Source of the DNA: an uncultured Bacilli bacterium
GTDB taxonomy: Bacteria > Bacillota_I > Bacilli_A > RF39 > UBA660
Assembly: GCA_947627675.1 (NCBI GenBank)
Contig: CANQWY010000010.1
Span: forward strand, 655-32,654
DNA length: 32,000 nt
Reading direction: 5' to 3'
A program made the position numbers and the translations under genes. Each line of letters opens with the position of its first letter. Within the stretch, counting starts at the first letter, position 1. Under the pieces are notes generated by a model. That model saw nothing but the letters and a program-made list of their open reading frames with translations. It had not been told where the DNA came from and searched no databases. Below, piece by piece: positions 1 through 9,233 of the stretch.

Positions 1-1179
1 TTATTGGCATTTGTATAATTTGAATTGCCATATTTGCCATATTTACTTTGGCTTAAATATGCCATTGCTCCCCATTCCGTGTTCTTTATCATATGGGTAT
101 CATAATTTCCACTTAAACCACAATTTGTTTCTCCATTTGTAGTGAACTGATTTTTTATTGCATCAAAGAAAGCTTTATTTTTTTGACTCATTATACTTGT
201 TTGATTCGGTACTGAGGTTATTGCACTTATTGCTCCAGTTAACTCAAATTTACTTATCCAGATCCCTGGTAATTCTTTATTTTCTGAGTTACTCCTCGTT
301 GACTCTACATCACAACTATTGCCCCAACAAAATGATGAGGGTGTAAAATAGCCTGTTGGTTCTTCTCCACTATATTTTCCGCTTCCAGTTTCGATTGTAC
401 TTGTTCTTACAAATTTGATATCAAACGCTCCGGGTGTATTAAGGCTTGGGGTTGATGCTCCACTTATTTGGTAGCCATATGGCTGTTTTAGTGTATAACT
501 ATATCTTGGGATCCATACTAACATTAAGTTTACATAACTTAAATCTATTGTTGTTCCTACTGTTGCATTTTTATATTCTGCTCTTTTATTTGCATCTTTT
601 ATCGTTACAGCATTCGCCCACATTTGTTTATCATAGTTATACCAGCTATTATTTGTATTTTTCTCATCTGCTTTTATCCAGTTTGTTCCATTATATGTTA
701 CTGGAATCATATCTCCTACTAGCACTGGAGCATTTGGTTCATTGTTATAATAATCTTTTGTTTCTATTTTTAGTTTGCCTTTATAACTTCCTGTCCCTGT
801 AAATGTTATTGTTATCTGTACTTTTTCTCCTACCTTTAAATTGGCTTCGTCTATTGTTTTATTTGATAAAGTTCCGGTTGTTGTTATTCCGTTCTTTGTA
901 TAACTATAACTTATATTAACATCTTCTATATTCTCGATATATAGTCTATAACTTGCATCTTCTGCTCCTCTGTTTTCTATCGTGAATGTATATTCCTTAT
1001 TTAATTCTATATTTTCTTTGTCTGCTCCATATATTCCTATATATCTTGTCCCTGTTTTTATTGTTATTTCTTTTTTTGTTTCTATACTCTTACTATATTT
1101 GGCGTAAGTAACCCCCCCCCATTAGAACTATTGTTAGTATTAGGGGTATTACTAACAATATATCTTTTCTTTTTTCCAT
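1..1179 (-). CDS. Secreted/cell-surface protein with N-terminal signal-anchor; 3' end runs off the window; reading frame broken at a G9 tract (candidate phase-variable gene, or frameshifted pseudogene)
   Basis: It is missing from the ORF track because it has no in-window stop. I checked codon by codon that the minus-strand frame with plus-strand codon starts divisible by 3 has no stop from 1121 down to 3. The ATG at 1179-1177 follows GGAG (1190-1187) and encodes MEKRKDILLVIPLILTIVLMGGGYLRQI, ending at TAG 1095-1093. Removing one G (or adding two) joins it to ...LMGGVTYAKYSKSIETKKEITIKTG... and about 370 further codons (...MWANAVTIKD...LVWIPRYSY...IWISKFE...NTEWGAMAYLSQSKYG...). The first in-frame ATG downstream of the tract is only near 710. 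Confidence 0.7.
1112..1120. repeat. Homopolymer C9 on plus strand (G9 in the coding sense), encoding the Gly-Gly of the signal-peptide region
   Basis: This is a direct read: a at 1111, c at 1112-1120, a at 1121. It is the longest G/C run I saw in this AT-rich window; other runs are 5-6 nt. Confidence 0.95.
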
Positions 1180-1207
1180 TTTCTTTCTCCTTCTATTTTA
1201 TACTTAA

Positions 1208-1236
1208 ATTCTACATCATCTATTTCCTATTTTCAA
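1208..1236 (-). promoter_or_regulatory. Sigma-A-type promoter of the surface-protein gene: TTGAAA-17 nt-TAGAAT
   Basis: Read on the minus strand: TTGAAA (1236-1231), a 17-nt spacer (1230-1214), TAGAAT (1213-1208). It lies about 30 nt upstream of the ATG at 1179. Confidence 0.5.
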
Positions 1237-1346
1237 GTACTTTGATTTTCATAAAAAATTTAGTTTTGATATAAGTTATTTATTCTAAAGTATATTTTAT
1301 AAGAATTTAAATTCATTTTACTACTTCGTATAAAATATTTATATTA

Positions 1347-2156
1347 TTAACTATTATCAATATCATAAGTAGCACTTAAAGCCATTCCAAGAACAAAGAC
1401 ATATGCTAAAAAATATACCCAAACCATTAACATTATTATATTAGAAATACTTCCGTAAAATAAATTATAATTAGAGAAAAATTTAAAATAAATAGAATAT
1501 ATTTCAGTTCCTATTATCCAAACAATAGTTGTAAATAATGCTGCATAAGTAGTCGATTTGTTAGAAAGCTCTTTATTTGGAAGCATCTTATATAATCCTT
1601 TTATATTAAAATATATTAAAACTATTGATAAAGGCACTTTCAAATAATTAAAACAAGAATAAATAAATGTAACTGCTTTTTTATTGAGAGATATTTGGCT
1701 TAAAAATTGAAAAAAATAATCTCCAAAAACAGTAACTGCTAATAAGAAAAAGAATAGTCCTACAAAAACGAAAGTCATTGCAATTGCTTTAATTCTTTTA
1801 CTGATAATATCTTCATCATGACAATTATATATCTCATTTGCAGTTATTATTACAGAATATGTTCCATTTGATGCTAAAAGAAAAGTAGATACAAAGAAAA
1901 CAACTATATTAAAATTTAATCCTTCTCCATATATATTTGATGTAAATAAATTAAATATATCAATAGGTAAAAAATCTGTAATTTCTTTTATAGAATCAAA
2001 TGATAATGAAAAATAATTGGCAATTGCACCGATTAATGCTAATAAAGGAATAAGGGACATAATACAAAAAAAAGCAAGCTGACCTGGAAGTATTCTCATA
2101 TAAGGTCTTGAAATAATATTAATTGCCTTTTTAAGAAATTTCCTAACTTGCTCCAT
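1347..2156 (-). CDS. YihY/BrkB-family integral membrane protein
   Basis: 269-aa ORF with SD AGAGGTG. The N-terminal ...ILPGQLAFFCIMSLIPLLALIG... motif is typical of the YihY family. The rest is polytopic and hydrophobic. Confidence 0.75.
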   Translation of the reverse strand: MEQVRKFLKKAINIISRPYMRILPGQLAFFCIMSLIPLLALIGAIANYFSLSFDSIKEITDFLPIDIFNLFTSNIYGEGLNFNIVVFFVSTFLLASNGTYSVIITANEIYNCHDEDIISKRIKAIAMTFVFVGLFFFLLAVTVFGDYFFQFLSQISLNKKAVTFIYSCFNYLKVPLSIVLIYFNIKGLYKMLPNKELSNKSTTYAALFTTIVWIIGTEIYSIYFKFFSNYNLFYGSISNIIMLMVWVYFLAYVFVLGMALSATYDIDNS

Positions 2157-2166
2157 ATCGACACCT

Positions 2167-4203
2167 CTACTTTTTCAACTCTTCTTTAGATGTAATCATA
2201 TCAAGTGTTGCTTCATTAATTGCATCATCAAGTGTTTTGATATCATCTTCAATTATACTATATCCAACACCTGCCCCGAAATCATGTGGTAATTCTTTCA
2301 ATTCTTTAAACAATTTTTTAGTATACGTTGCAATTTGTCTTTCACTATAGCCAACAAGATATATTAAGAATTCATTACCATCTGTACGGATAATTTCACT
2401 ATTTTCAAGTTGAGTATTAACAAGAATAGATGCAGCCTTAATAATTAAATTATCACCTGCTTCATGTCCAAAATTATCATTTACATATTTTACATTATTC
2501 AAATCTACAATAACAATAGATTGAGGATATACTTTACATTCTTCCCATTCTGGCATTTTCGTATTCAAATAATTTCTATTTTTTAGTGATGTTAACATAT
2601 CAGTATATTTATGTCTATCTATTTTAGTAACTTTCTTCTTTCTATGTTTATGTTTTAAATGTATATATAATATAATTACAACTATAACTGGTAAAAAGAT
2701 TATTATTAAAACAAAAATATATATTTTTTCCAAAGTTGCATCTTCTAATAGTGAAGCATGTAAAGAATCTATACCACTATTTCTATAATTATAATATGAA
2801 TTAGTATTTATTATATAATTAAATAAGTTATAGAAATCTTTATTTTTCTCATTTACCATGAACTTATAATCATTCATCATAGTATCTAAATATAATAATT
2901 CATAGTCTTTAAAAATCGTTTTTCTATACGTATTATATATTTCTTTATCAATTACTATTAATTTATCATTATTTTTTTTGAAATCTTTAACATTATCTAC
3001 TGTTACTATTTTACTGCGAGAATTATTAGAAAAGTAATTATATAAAGAATCATCTTTCATCATCATAACATCTTTATCTTTTAGACTTTCAAAAGAATTT
3101 ATGATATAATCATCACTTTGTTTTCCTAAAACAACATATTCTTCCACAAAAGTTGACAATGTCGCTAAATATTTTGAATCATTATAATTGTAATAATCAA
3201 AATAAATATCAATATCTCCAGCTTCTATCGCCTTTTTTAGTTCCTTTTTACTTTTAAATTTTTTATATTCAAATTCAATATCAGTAAGTCTAGATAATCT
3301 ATTAATATATTCTCCTGCTATCCCTTTTATACTTCCATTTAGCATTACTTCATATGGATTGTTTTCAACATATCCATACACATAATTTTTAGACATTAAA
3401 CTTGCTTTGCTTTTAGCACTTATATCATTTTTTTCTAAATAATAATTTAAGTAAGCATCATTGTATTCTGAAACATATTTTGTTGCTTTCCATTTTATAT
3501 AATATTTTTCAACAATTTTATTTAACTCTGGATTACTTTCACTTAATGTTAAAACTATTTTTTTAGTCATTTCAGGAAAATAATAATTAATAGAATATGA
3601 AGAATTAATTGTCTTATCTAAATACATAATATTTGGAACAATAACCATATTAACTTCATCATTGTCAAGTGCAGCATATAAATTATCAATTGTATCATAA
3701 GTTTTAAATGATAAATTAGTTCCACTTTTCAAATAATAACTAACTTCTTCACTATCATTACTAAATACTCCAAAAGTTAAATTTTTCATATCTTTTATAT
3801 AATTAATTCTCTGATATTTTTTACCTACTGCTACATAACTATCAGTAAATAGTAACAAATCATTATTTGTTATTTTATCTTCATTATTTAAAATTCTTAT
3901 CCTATAACTATTGGTAGTAGGAGTAGATTCTTTTAAATAAGGTATTTTATTAAATTCCAAATTAATATTATCTGAAAAATCATCTAAGAAGTCGAAAAAA
4001 ACACCTTCTCCATTCATACCATATAAAGGATAATTATTAATAACTTCAAAATCAACTACAGTATCTTTATTATCTTCTACCCACTTTTTTTCTACTACTG
4101 TAAGAGTTGTCGTTTTATCTTCTTTATTGTAATAACGATAAACTCCTATAAAAGCTACTATTGCAATAATAATCGGTATTATAATTATAAGTTTTTTTTT
4201 CAT
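2167..4203 (-). CDS. Membrane sensor protein: N-terminal TM, large extracytoplasmic region resembling tandem solute-binding domains, second TM, C-terminal degenerate GGDEF domain
   Basis: 678-aa ORF. The C-terminus reads ...VDLNNVKYVNDNFGHEAGDNLIIKAASIL...IIRTDGNEFLIYL..., the GGDEF fold with DGNEF replacing GG(D/E)EF. TM helices lie at residues ~5-22 and ~495-515. Confidence 0.75.
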   Translation of the reverse strand: MKKKLIIIIPIIIAIVAFIGVYRYYNKEDKTTTLTVVEKKWVEDNKDTVVDFEVINNYPLYGMNGEGVFFDFLDDFSDNINLEFNKIPYLKESTPTTNSYRIRILNNEDKITNNDLLLFTDSYVAVGKKYQRINYIKDMKNLTFGVFSNDSEEVSYYLKSGTNLSFKTYDTIDNLYAALDNDEVNMVIVPNIMYLDKTINSSYSINYYFPEMTKKIVLTLSESNPELNKIVEKYYIKWKATKYVSEYNDAYLNYYLEKNDISAKSKASLMSKNYVYGYVENNPYEVMLNGSIKGIAGEYINRLSRLTDIEFEYKKFKSKKELKKAIEAGDIDIYFDYYNYNDSKYLATLSTFVEEYVVLGKQSDDYIINSFESLKDKDVMMMKDDSLYNYFSNNSRSKIVTVDNVKDFKKNNDKLIVIDKEIYNTYRKTIFKDYELLYLDTMMNDYKFMVNEKNKDFYNLFNYIINTNSYYNYRNSGIDSLHASLLEDATLEKIYIFVLIIIFLPVIVVIILYIHLKHKHRKKKVTKIDRHKYTDMLTSLKNRNYLNTKMPEWEECKVYPQSIVIVDLNNVKYVNDNFGHEAGDNLIIKAASILVNTQLENSEIIRTDGNEFLIYLVGYSERQIATYTKKLFKELKELPHDFGAGVGYSIIEDDIKTLDDAINEATLDMITSKEELKK

Positions 4204-4211
4204 ATTATCTC

Positions 4212-4673
4212 CTACCTATCTAGAGTCCAAGAAAAACCTTCTTTTTTAGGATGATGATAACCTATAATTGGAAATTTTTCATCTTCATTATCTTTTTTAA
4301 TAAATACTTGTATATCATAAAATTTTTTTTCTTCTTCTCCTAATTTTTCTAACACTTTATCTGCTAAAGGTTTAGCATTTTCTATTGAAACGTCATCATT
4401 AACAATAATTGTTACGTTAATAATCTTACCTTGTATATTTATTTTTGTTTCCTTGCTAAGTGTTGTATCATTAACATTTTTAATAATTTCTTTTTTTAGT
4501 TTACTACTTATTTTAACACTATCAATTCCGTCTAATCTATCACCATATATAGCCTTATTATCATAGTTAGTATTAAGTACTAATTGATATAGACAAATAC
4601 AAAGTCCAAAAAAACAAATTATAACTATAATTACTATATTTCTAGTAGTTTTATTTTTCATTACCTTATTCAA
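4212..4673 (-). CDS. Small membrane-anchored hypothetical protein
   Basis: 153-aa ORF with one N-terminal TM (IVIIVIICFFGLCICLY). The track start at 4673 is TTG abutting the SD, so the ATG at 4661 is an alternative start. Confidence 0.6.
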   Translation of the reverse strand: MNKVMKNKTTRNIVIIVIICFFGLCICLYQLVLNTNYDNKAIYGDRLDGIDSVKISSKLKKEIIKNVNDTTLSKETKINIQGKIINVTIIVNDDVSIENAKPLADKVLEKLGEEEKKFYDIQVFIKKDNEDEKFPIIGYHHPKKEGFSWTLDR

Positions 4674-4719
4674 CTCCTATTATATACTATTATACACAAT
4701 ATCTAAAACTTAAGCAATT

Positions 4720-6156
4720 TTATTTTTTAATAAGAAATTCTTTTAATAAATTACTTGCAATAAGAGGATCAGCTTTTCCTTTAGACATTTTCATTACCTG
4801 CCCCATTAAATATTTAAATGCTCTATCATGACCATTTATATAATCATTAACACTATTTTCATTTTCTACTAAAACTTTAGAAATAATATCTTTTAATTCA
4901 TTATCATCAGTAATATTAGAAATATTATTAGAAGATATAATTTCATCTATAGAATTATCACTTTCTAATACAGAATTTAATATATCTTTTATATTTTTAC
5001 TAGTAAGAATCCTAGATTTAGTTTTTGATACTAAATCAATAAACTTTTCTTTTGTAAGTTTTGTTTCAAATATATTTTTATTATTTTTATTTAAATATGA
5101 TGAAATATCTCCTAGTAATAAGTTACTTGCTACTTGAAAATCTATATCAGTATCTAACATATCATTTAAATAGTCACTTAAACTTCTATTAGCAATAATT
5201 TTTTCAATATTTATATTAGACATGTTTTTCTTTTGATATATTTTTCTTCTTTCATCAGGAAGAATAGGAATATTTTTTAGTGCATCATTAATCATTTGAT
5301 CTGTTAAGTGAATATAAGGAATATCAGGCTCAGGAAAATATCTATAATCATTTCCCGTTTCTTTTATTCTCATAAGTACTGTATCATTTATAGTTGAATC
5401 AAATCTTCTTGTTTGCTCTTTGAAAATCTCACCTTTATCATATAAAATACTTTGACGGGCAATTTCTTTTTCAATACTTAAACCCACATTACTTATAGAA
5501 CCTATATTTTTTACTTCTACTTTTACTCCTAATTTATCTTCTTTATTTTTTCTTAGAGATACATTACAATCACACCTTAATGATCCTTCTTCCATTTTAC
5601 AATCAGATATATCAGCATAAAGAAGCGTTTCTTTTAATTTTTCTATATATAGCATTGCTTCTTTGGCAGATGAAATACATGGTTTAGTAACTATTTCGAT
5701 TAAAGGTACACCTGCTCTATTAAAATCAAGTAAAGTTACATTTTTTCTATGAGCACTTTTACAAGTATCTTCCTCTATATGCATCTCTTCTATTTCAATT
5801 TTTTTATCTACGCCATCTACATTTATTTGTACATAACCATCATAACCAATAGGAGTTCTAGCCTGAGTTATTTGATAATTTTTCGGATTATCTGGATAAA
5901 AATAATTTTTTCTATCAAAATGCATTTCTTTTCTTATTTTACAATTAAGAACTTTACATGCTTTTATCGCAATATTTATAACTTCCTTATTTATTAATGG
6001 AAGAGTACCAGGATAACCTAAATCTATTTCATTAACTAAAGTATTAGCACCCATTCCATAACCATTTATAGAATCAGAAAATATTTTTGTATTTGTTTTT
6101 AATTCTACATGTATTTCAATTCCTATTGTTGGTATATAATTAGACACTTTTATCAC
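4720..6156 (-). CDS. gatB: Asp-tRNA(Asn)/Glu-tRNA(Gln) amidotransferase subunit B
   Basis: N-terminal ...PTIGIEIHVELKT...GYPGTLP... and a C-terminal GatB/YqeY-like helical tail. It follows gatA with an overlap. The start may be the GTG at 6147 rather than 6156. Confidence 0.95.
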   Translation of the reverse strand: MIKVSNYIPTIGIEIHVELKTNTKIFSDSINGYGMGANTLVNEIDLGYPGTLPLINKEVINIAIKACKVLNCKIRKEMHFDRKNYFYPDNPKNYQITQARTPIGYDGYVQINVDGVDKKIEIEEMHIEEDTCKSAHRKNVTLLDFNRAGVPLIEIVTKPCISSAKEAMLYIEKLKETLLYADISDCKMEEGSLRCDCNVSLRKNKEDKLGVKVEVKNIGSISNVGLSIEKEIARQSILYDKGEIFKEQTRRFDSTINDTVLMRIKETGNDYRYFPEPDIPYIHLTDQMINDALKNIPILPDERRKIYQKKNMSNINIEKIIANRSLSDYLNDMLDTDIDFQVASNLLLGDISSYLNKNNKNIFETKLTKEKFIDLVSKTKSRILTSKNIKDILNSVLESDNSIDEIISSNNISNITDDNELKDIISKVLVENENSVNDYINGHDRAFKYLMGQVMKMSKGKADPLIASNLLKEFLIKK

Positions 6157-7600
6157 ATCCTTTAGGTGTTAAATCCAAATTCAATTTTTTTTCTATATAG
6201 CTTGCTAGTTTATAAATAGTTGCCTCATCGAAGTCATTTCCAATAATATGCATTCCAATTGGCAGATTATCTTTTGAAAAGCCTATAGGTATATTTAATC
6301 CTGGTAAGCCCGCCATATTAACTGGTATTACTAATACATCATCCATAAAACTTTTTAACGGATTAGGGTCTTCAACATCTAAACCATAAGCAGTTGTAGT
6401 TGTTGTAGGTCCTATTATTAAATCATACTTTTTAAAAGCTTCTAGAAAGCTTGTTCTGATATCACTTCTAATTGACATAGCTTTATCATAATAAATTTTA
6501 GCATTATCTCCACTTAAAATATAAGAACCTACCATTATTCTTCTTTTTACTTCATCACCAAAACCTTCTTCGCGACTTCCATAATATAATTCATCAATAT
6601 CTTTTGGATTTTCTTTAGAGTGCCCATATCTAATGCCATCATATCTTGCTAAGTTTGAACTTGCTTCTCCCATGGCAATAATTTGATATAATAAAACAGC
6701 ATTTTCTAAATATTTAATATCAATATAGTCAACAGTACAACCTGATTGTTTTAGTATATCTATAATACTTCTGATTTTTTCCCTTATTTCATCAGAAACA
6801 ATATCACTCATAAAATAATTAGGGATAGCGATTTTCATGCCACTAATATCTTCGCCAATTTTTCTTGTAAAATCTTCTTCTTTTTTATTTGCAGATGTTA
6901 AATCGTTATTATCCATTCCTACAATTGCATTTAATAAAACAGCATTTTCATATACATTTCTGGTTAATGGCCCTATCTGGTCAAGACTTGATGCAAAGGC
7001 AACTAAACCATAACGTGACACTCTTCCATATGTTGGCTTCATACCAACAACTCCACAATAACTAGCAGGTTGTCTAATACTACCACCAGTATCACTACCA
7101 AGAGCAAATGGTGTAATGCGTGAACTTACACAAACGGCACTACCACCACTAGAACCACCAGATATTTTATTATAATTCCAAGGATTATGAGGAGCACCAA
7201 AATAACTAGTTTTACTAGTAGATCCCATAGCAAATTCATCCATATTTGTTTTACCCACTATAATCATATGTTTTTCTTTTAATTTTGAGATAACAGTAGC
7301 ATCATAAATAGGAATAAAGTTATCTAACATATGTGATGCACAAGTAGTTCGCAAATCTTTCGTTAAAATATTATCTTTAATAGCAATAGGAATTCCAAAT
7401 AATATATTATCAACTTCTAAATTTTCTAGTTTTTTAGCAGTTTCTATAGCCTCTTCTTTATTTAAAGTTATAAATGCATTCAAATTTTCATTTTCTTCTA
7501 TTCTAGCAAATGCTTCTTCTACTAAATCGATAGGTTTAATTACCTTCTCTTTTAGCATTTTATTAATTTCAATTATGCTTTTATCTAAATATCTACTCAT
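6140..7600 (-). CDS. gatA: Glutamyl-tRNA(Gln) amidotransferase subunit A (amidase signature family)
   Basis: Amidase signature ...GGSSGGSA... and ...GSDTGGSIRQPA.... 486 aa, positioned between gatC and gatB. Confidence 0.95.
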   Translation of the reverse strand: MSRYLDKSIIEINKMLKEKVIKPIDLVEEAFARIEENENLNAFITLNKEEAIETAKKLENLEVDNILFGIPIAIKDNILTKDLRTTCASHMLDNFIPIYDATVISKLKEKHMIIVGKTNMDEFAMGSTSKTSYFGAPHNPWNYNKISGGSSGGSAVCVSSRITPFALGSDTGGSIRQPASYCGVVGMKPTYGRVSRYGLVAFASSLDQIGPLTRNVYENAVLLNAIVGMDNNDLTSANKKEEDFTRKIGEDISGMKIAIPNYFMSDIVSDEIREKIRSIIDILKQSGCTVDYIDIKYLENAVLLYQIIAMGEASSNLARYDGIRYGHSKENPKDIDELYYGSREEGFGDEVKRRIMVGSYILSGDNAKIYYDKAMSIRSDIRTSFLEAFKKYDLIIGPTTTTTAYGLDVEDPNPLKSFMDDVLVIPVNMAGLPGLNIPIGFSKDNLPIGMHIIGNDFDEATIYKLASYIEKKLNLDLTPKGCDKSV

Positions 7601-7889
7601 TTATAACCACCGGCACTTCTATATAATTTCCACTATGACGAGGAACATTTTTTAATATATCTTTAACAATAACATTAGATTTGTTAACATCATCTCTTAA
7701 TCTAGCATCTTCACTAAAAGGAGCAATTAAAATTTCATCATCATACCCTGTTACTTCTTTAATTTTTTTAATGCTATCTAAAATTGTTTTTAACTCAATT
7801 TGATATTTTTCCATTTCATTATCTTTTATTTTAATTTTAGCAAGATATGCAACATGTAAAACTTCTTCTTTACTTAATCTGTCTTCCAT
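7593..7889 (-). CDS. gatC: Glutamyl-tRNA(Gln) amidotransferase subunit C
   Basis: 98-aa ORF with SD GGGAGG. It overlaps the gatA start by 8 nt, the canonical gatCAB order. Confidence 0.85.
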   Translation of the reverse strand: MEDRLSKEEVLHVAYLAKIKIKDNEMEKYQIELKTILDSIKKIKEVTGYDDEILIAPFSEDARLRDDVNKSNVIVKDILKNVPRHSGNYIEVPVVINE

Positions 7890-7949
7890 AAAATCCTCCC
7901 AACTGTATATACTGTATATATAATATCACAACTAGTTTTTTTTTTAAAG

Positions 7950-7976
7950 AAAAAAAGAATTTACTTCTAAATTCTA
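7950..7976 (-). terminator. Weak rho-independent terminator after the 7994..8734 gene
   Basis: Minus strand AGAATTT-7 nt loop-AAATTCT followed by a T run. The stem is AT-rich. Confidence 0.35.
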
Positions 7977-7993
7977 CTTTCTTAATAAGTATT

Positions 7994-8734
7994 TTACTTA
8001 AAGTAACAGTTTTTCATATAAAGTTCCATTACATTATTGTTAGAATAATTATATAAAGTTCCTACTATTTTTACTTTATCTTTCTTTTTGTATTTCTTAC
8101 TTTTTTCTAACATATTACATTTTAAAATAGTATTATATTTATTTTCATCATCATTATATTTTAATGTTATCTCACTATTATTTATATTAGATATCTCCCC
8201 TTCTACTTTTAAATATTTATCCATATATAAATTGATAGATTTATCTAAATTATTATTAAATGATAGTGATAAATCTAACATATCAACATTAATTGGAGTG
8301 TTATTATAGTAAATATCCCACGAACCTATTACATTATCAACTCTTCCTTTTTTTTCTTTATATTTTATTACTTTATAGAAAAGTCCATAATATTCTTTAG
8401 TTCCACCATCATTATAAGTTTTTGTTTTTATGGCAAAAAAAGGGCCTTTATCAAAGCGCGATACACATATTATATCGATAGATACTAATAAACTAACAAT
8501 TAATGTTGCAATTAAAATAATATTAATTACTTTATTAATAATTACTATATTAATCTTTCTATTTTTTTCTATTACATCAGTTATTTGTTCTTCTTCATTA
8601 CTATTTAATGTTTCTTCGTTTAAAGAAGTAAAATCCTCTTTTACTTCTTTAAAAGTAGCAGTATCGTCCTCTCTAAATAAATCTTCATCATCTTCTAATT
8701 TTAAATTAGGTATTTTATCTTTGTTCCAAAACAT
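7994..8734 (-). CDS. Hypothetical bitopic membrane protein (acidic N-terminal tail, one TM, extracytoplasmic C-terminal domain)
   Basis: The ORF track extends to 8779, but GGGGGAA sits 6 nt before the ATG at 8734 (MFWNKDKIPN...). The TM is INIILIATLIVSLLVSIDIICV. Confidence 0.65.
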   Translation of the reverse strand: MFWNKDKIPNLKLEDDEDLFREDDTATFKEVKEDFTSLNEETLNSNEEEQITDVIEKNRKINIVIINKVINIILIATLIVSLLVSIDIICVSRFDKGPFFAIKTKTYNDGGTKEYYGLFYKVIKYKEKKGRVDNVIGSWDIYYNNTPINVDMLDLSLSFNNNLDKSINLYMDKYLKVEGEISNINNSEITLKYNDDENKYNTILKCNMLEKSKKYKKKDKVKIVGTLYNYSNNNVMELYMKNCYFK

Positions 8735-8799
8735 ATATATTCCCCCTTTATTTATATAAGTTTTGATAGTCATAAACATGTTAACTAAAATTATAGCTT

Positions 8800-8808
8800 A
8801 TTATAACA
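8800..8808 (-). promoter_or_regulatory. Extended -10 element TGTTATAAT upstream of the 7994..8734 gene
   Basis: Plus-strand attataaca at 8800-8808. The same 9-mer recurs upstream of the SPFH operon at 31763 and 31809. Confidence 0.4.
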
Positions 8809-9194
8809 TATTTGTTAAATAATTTCAATTTTTATTTAAAAATAATATTATATTAAACCTTTTCATATATTTTTTAATATGTTAATTTTCCTTAGGAAAA
8901 AATAATTTATAACTTTAATCTTTATTTGTTACACATTTCTTATTTATTGATTTTCTTATATTTCTATTAAATTTTAAGAAATAAGCACTTATTTTATCTA
9001 GCTTTATTAAGACTGACATATTTATTTCTGTTAAATTTACACTATAATATAAGAAATCTTAATTTATGTCAAGTATTTCAACAATTTGATAGTATAACGA
9101 TTTAACAACAAAACTGCAAAAGTAAACTAAAAAAGAATAAGCAATAGTAATATTTTAAAATAAGTATTATTATAAAAGATAAGGAAAATTTGCA

Positions 9195-9226
9195 ATAAAA
9201 AATACTAGCAAAAATAACTAGTATTT
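9195..9226 (-). terminator. Weak rho-independent terminator after the RmlC-RmlD gene
   Basis: Stem atactag (9202-9208) pairs with ctagtat (9218-9224). The T run on the minus strand corresponds to the plus-strand A run at 9197-9202. Confidence 0.4.
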
Positions 9227-9233
9227 AAGATCA

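Noticed and set aside
158-802. Plus-strand ORFs 158..346 and 446..802 from the ORF track
   Set aside because: Both lie antisense to the long uninterrupted minus-strand frame of the surface-protein gene. Their translations are Leu/Phe/Tyr-rich low-complexity strings typical of shadow ORFs in AT-rich DNA, and neither has an SD.
5749-5997. Plus-strand 82-aa ORF inside gatB
   Set aside because: It is antisense to a confidently identified gene, and its sequence is low-complexity Ile/Phe/Tyr. The same reasoning rejects 8088..8309 and 8430..8759 (antisense to the 7994..8734 gene), 17577..17789 (antisense to a permease gene) and 26655..26858 (antisense to paralog 2).
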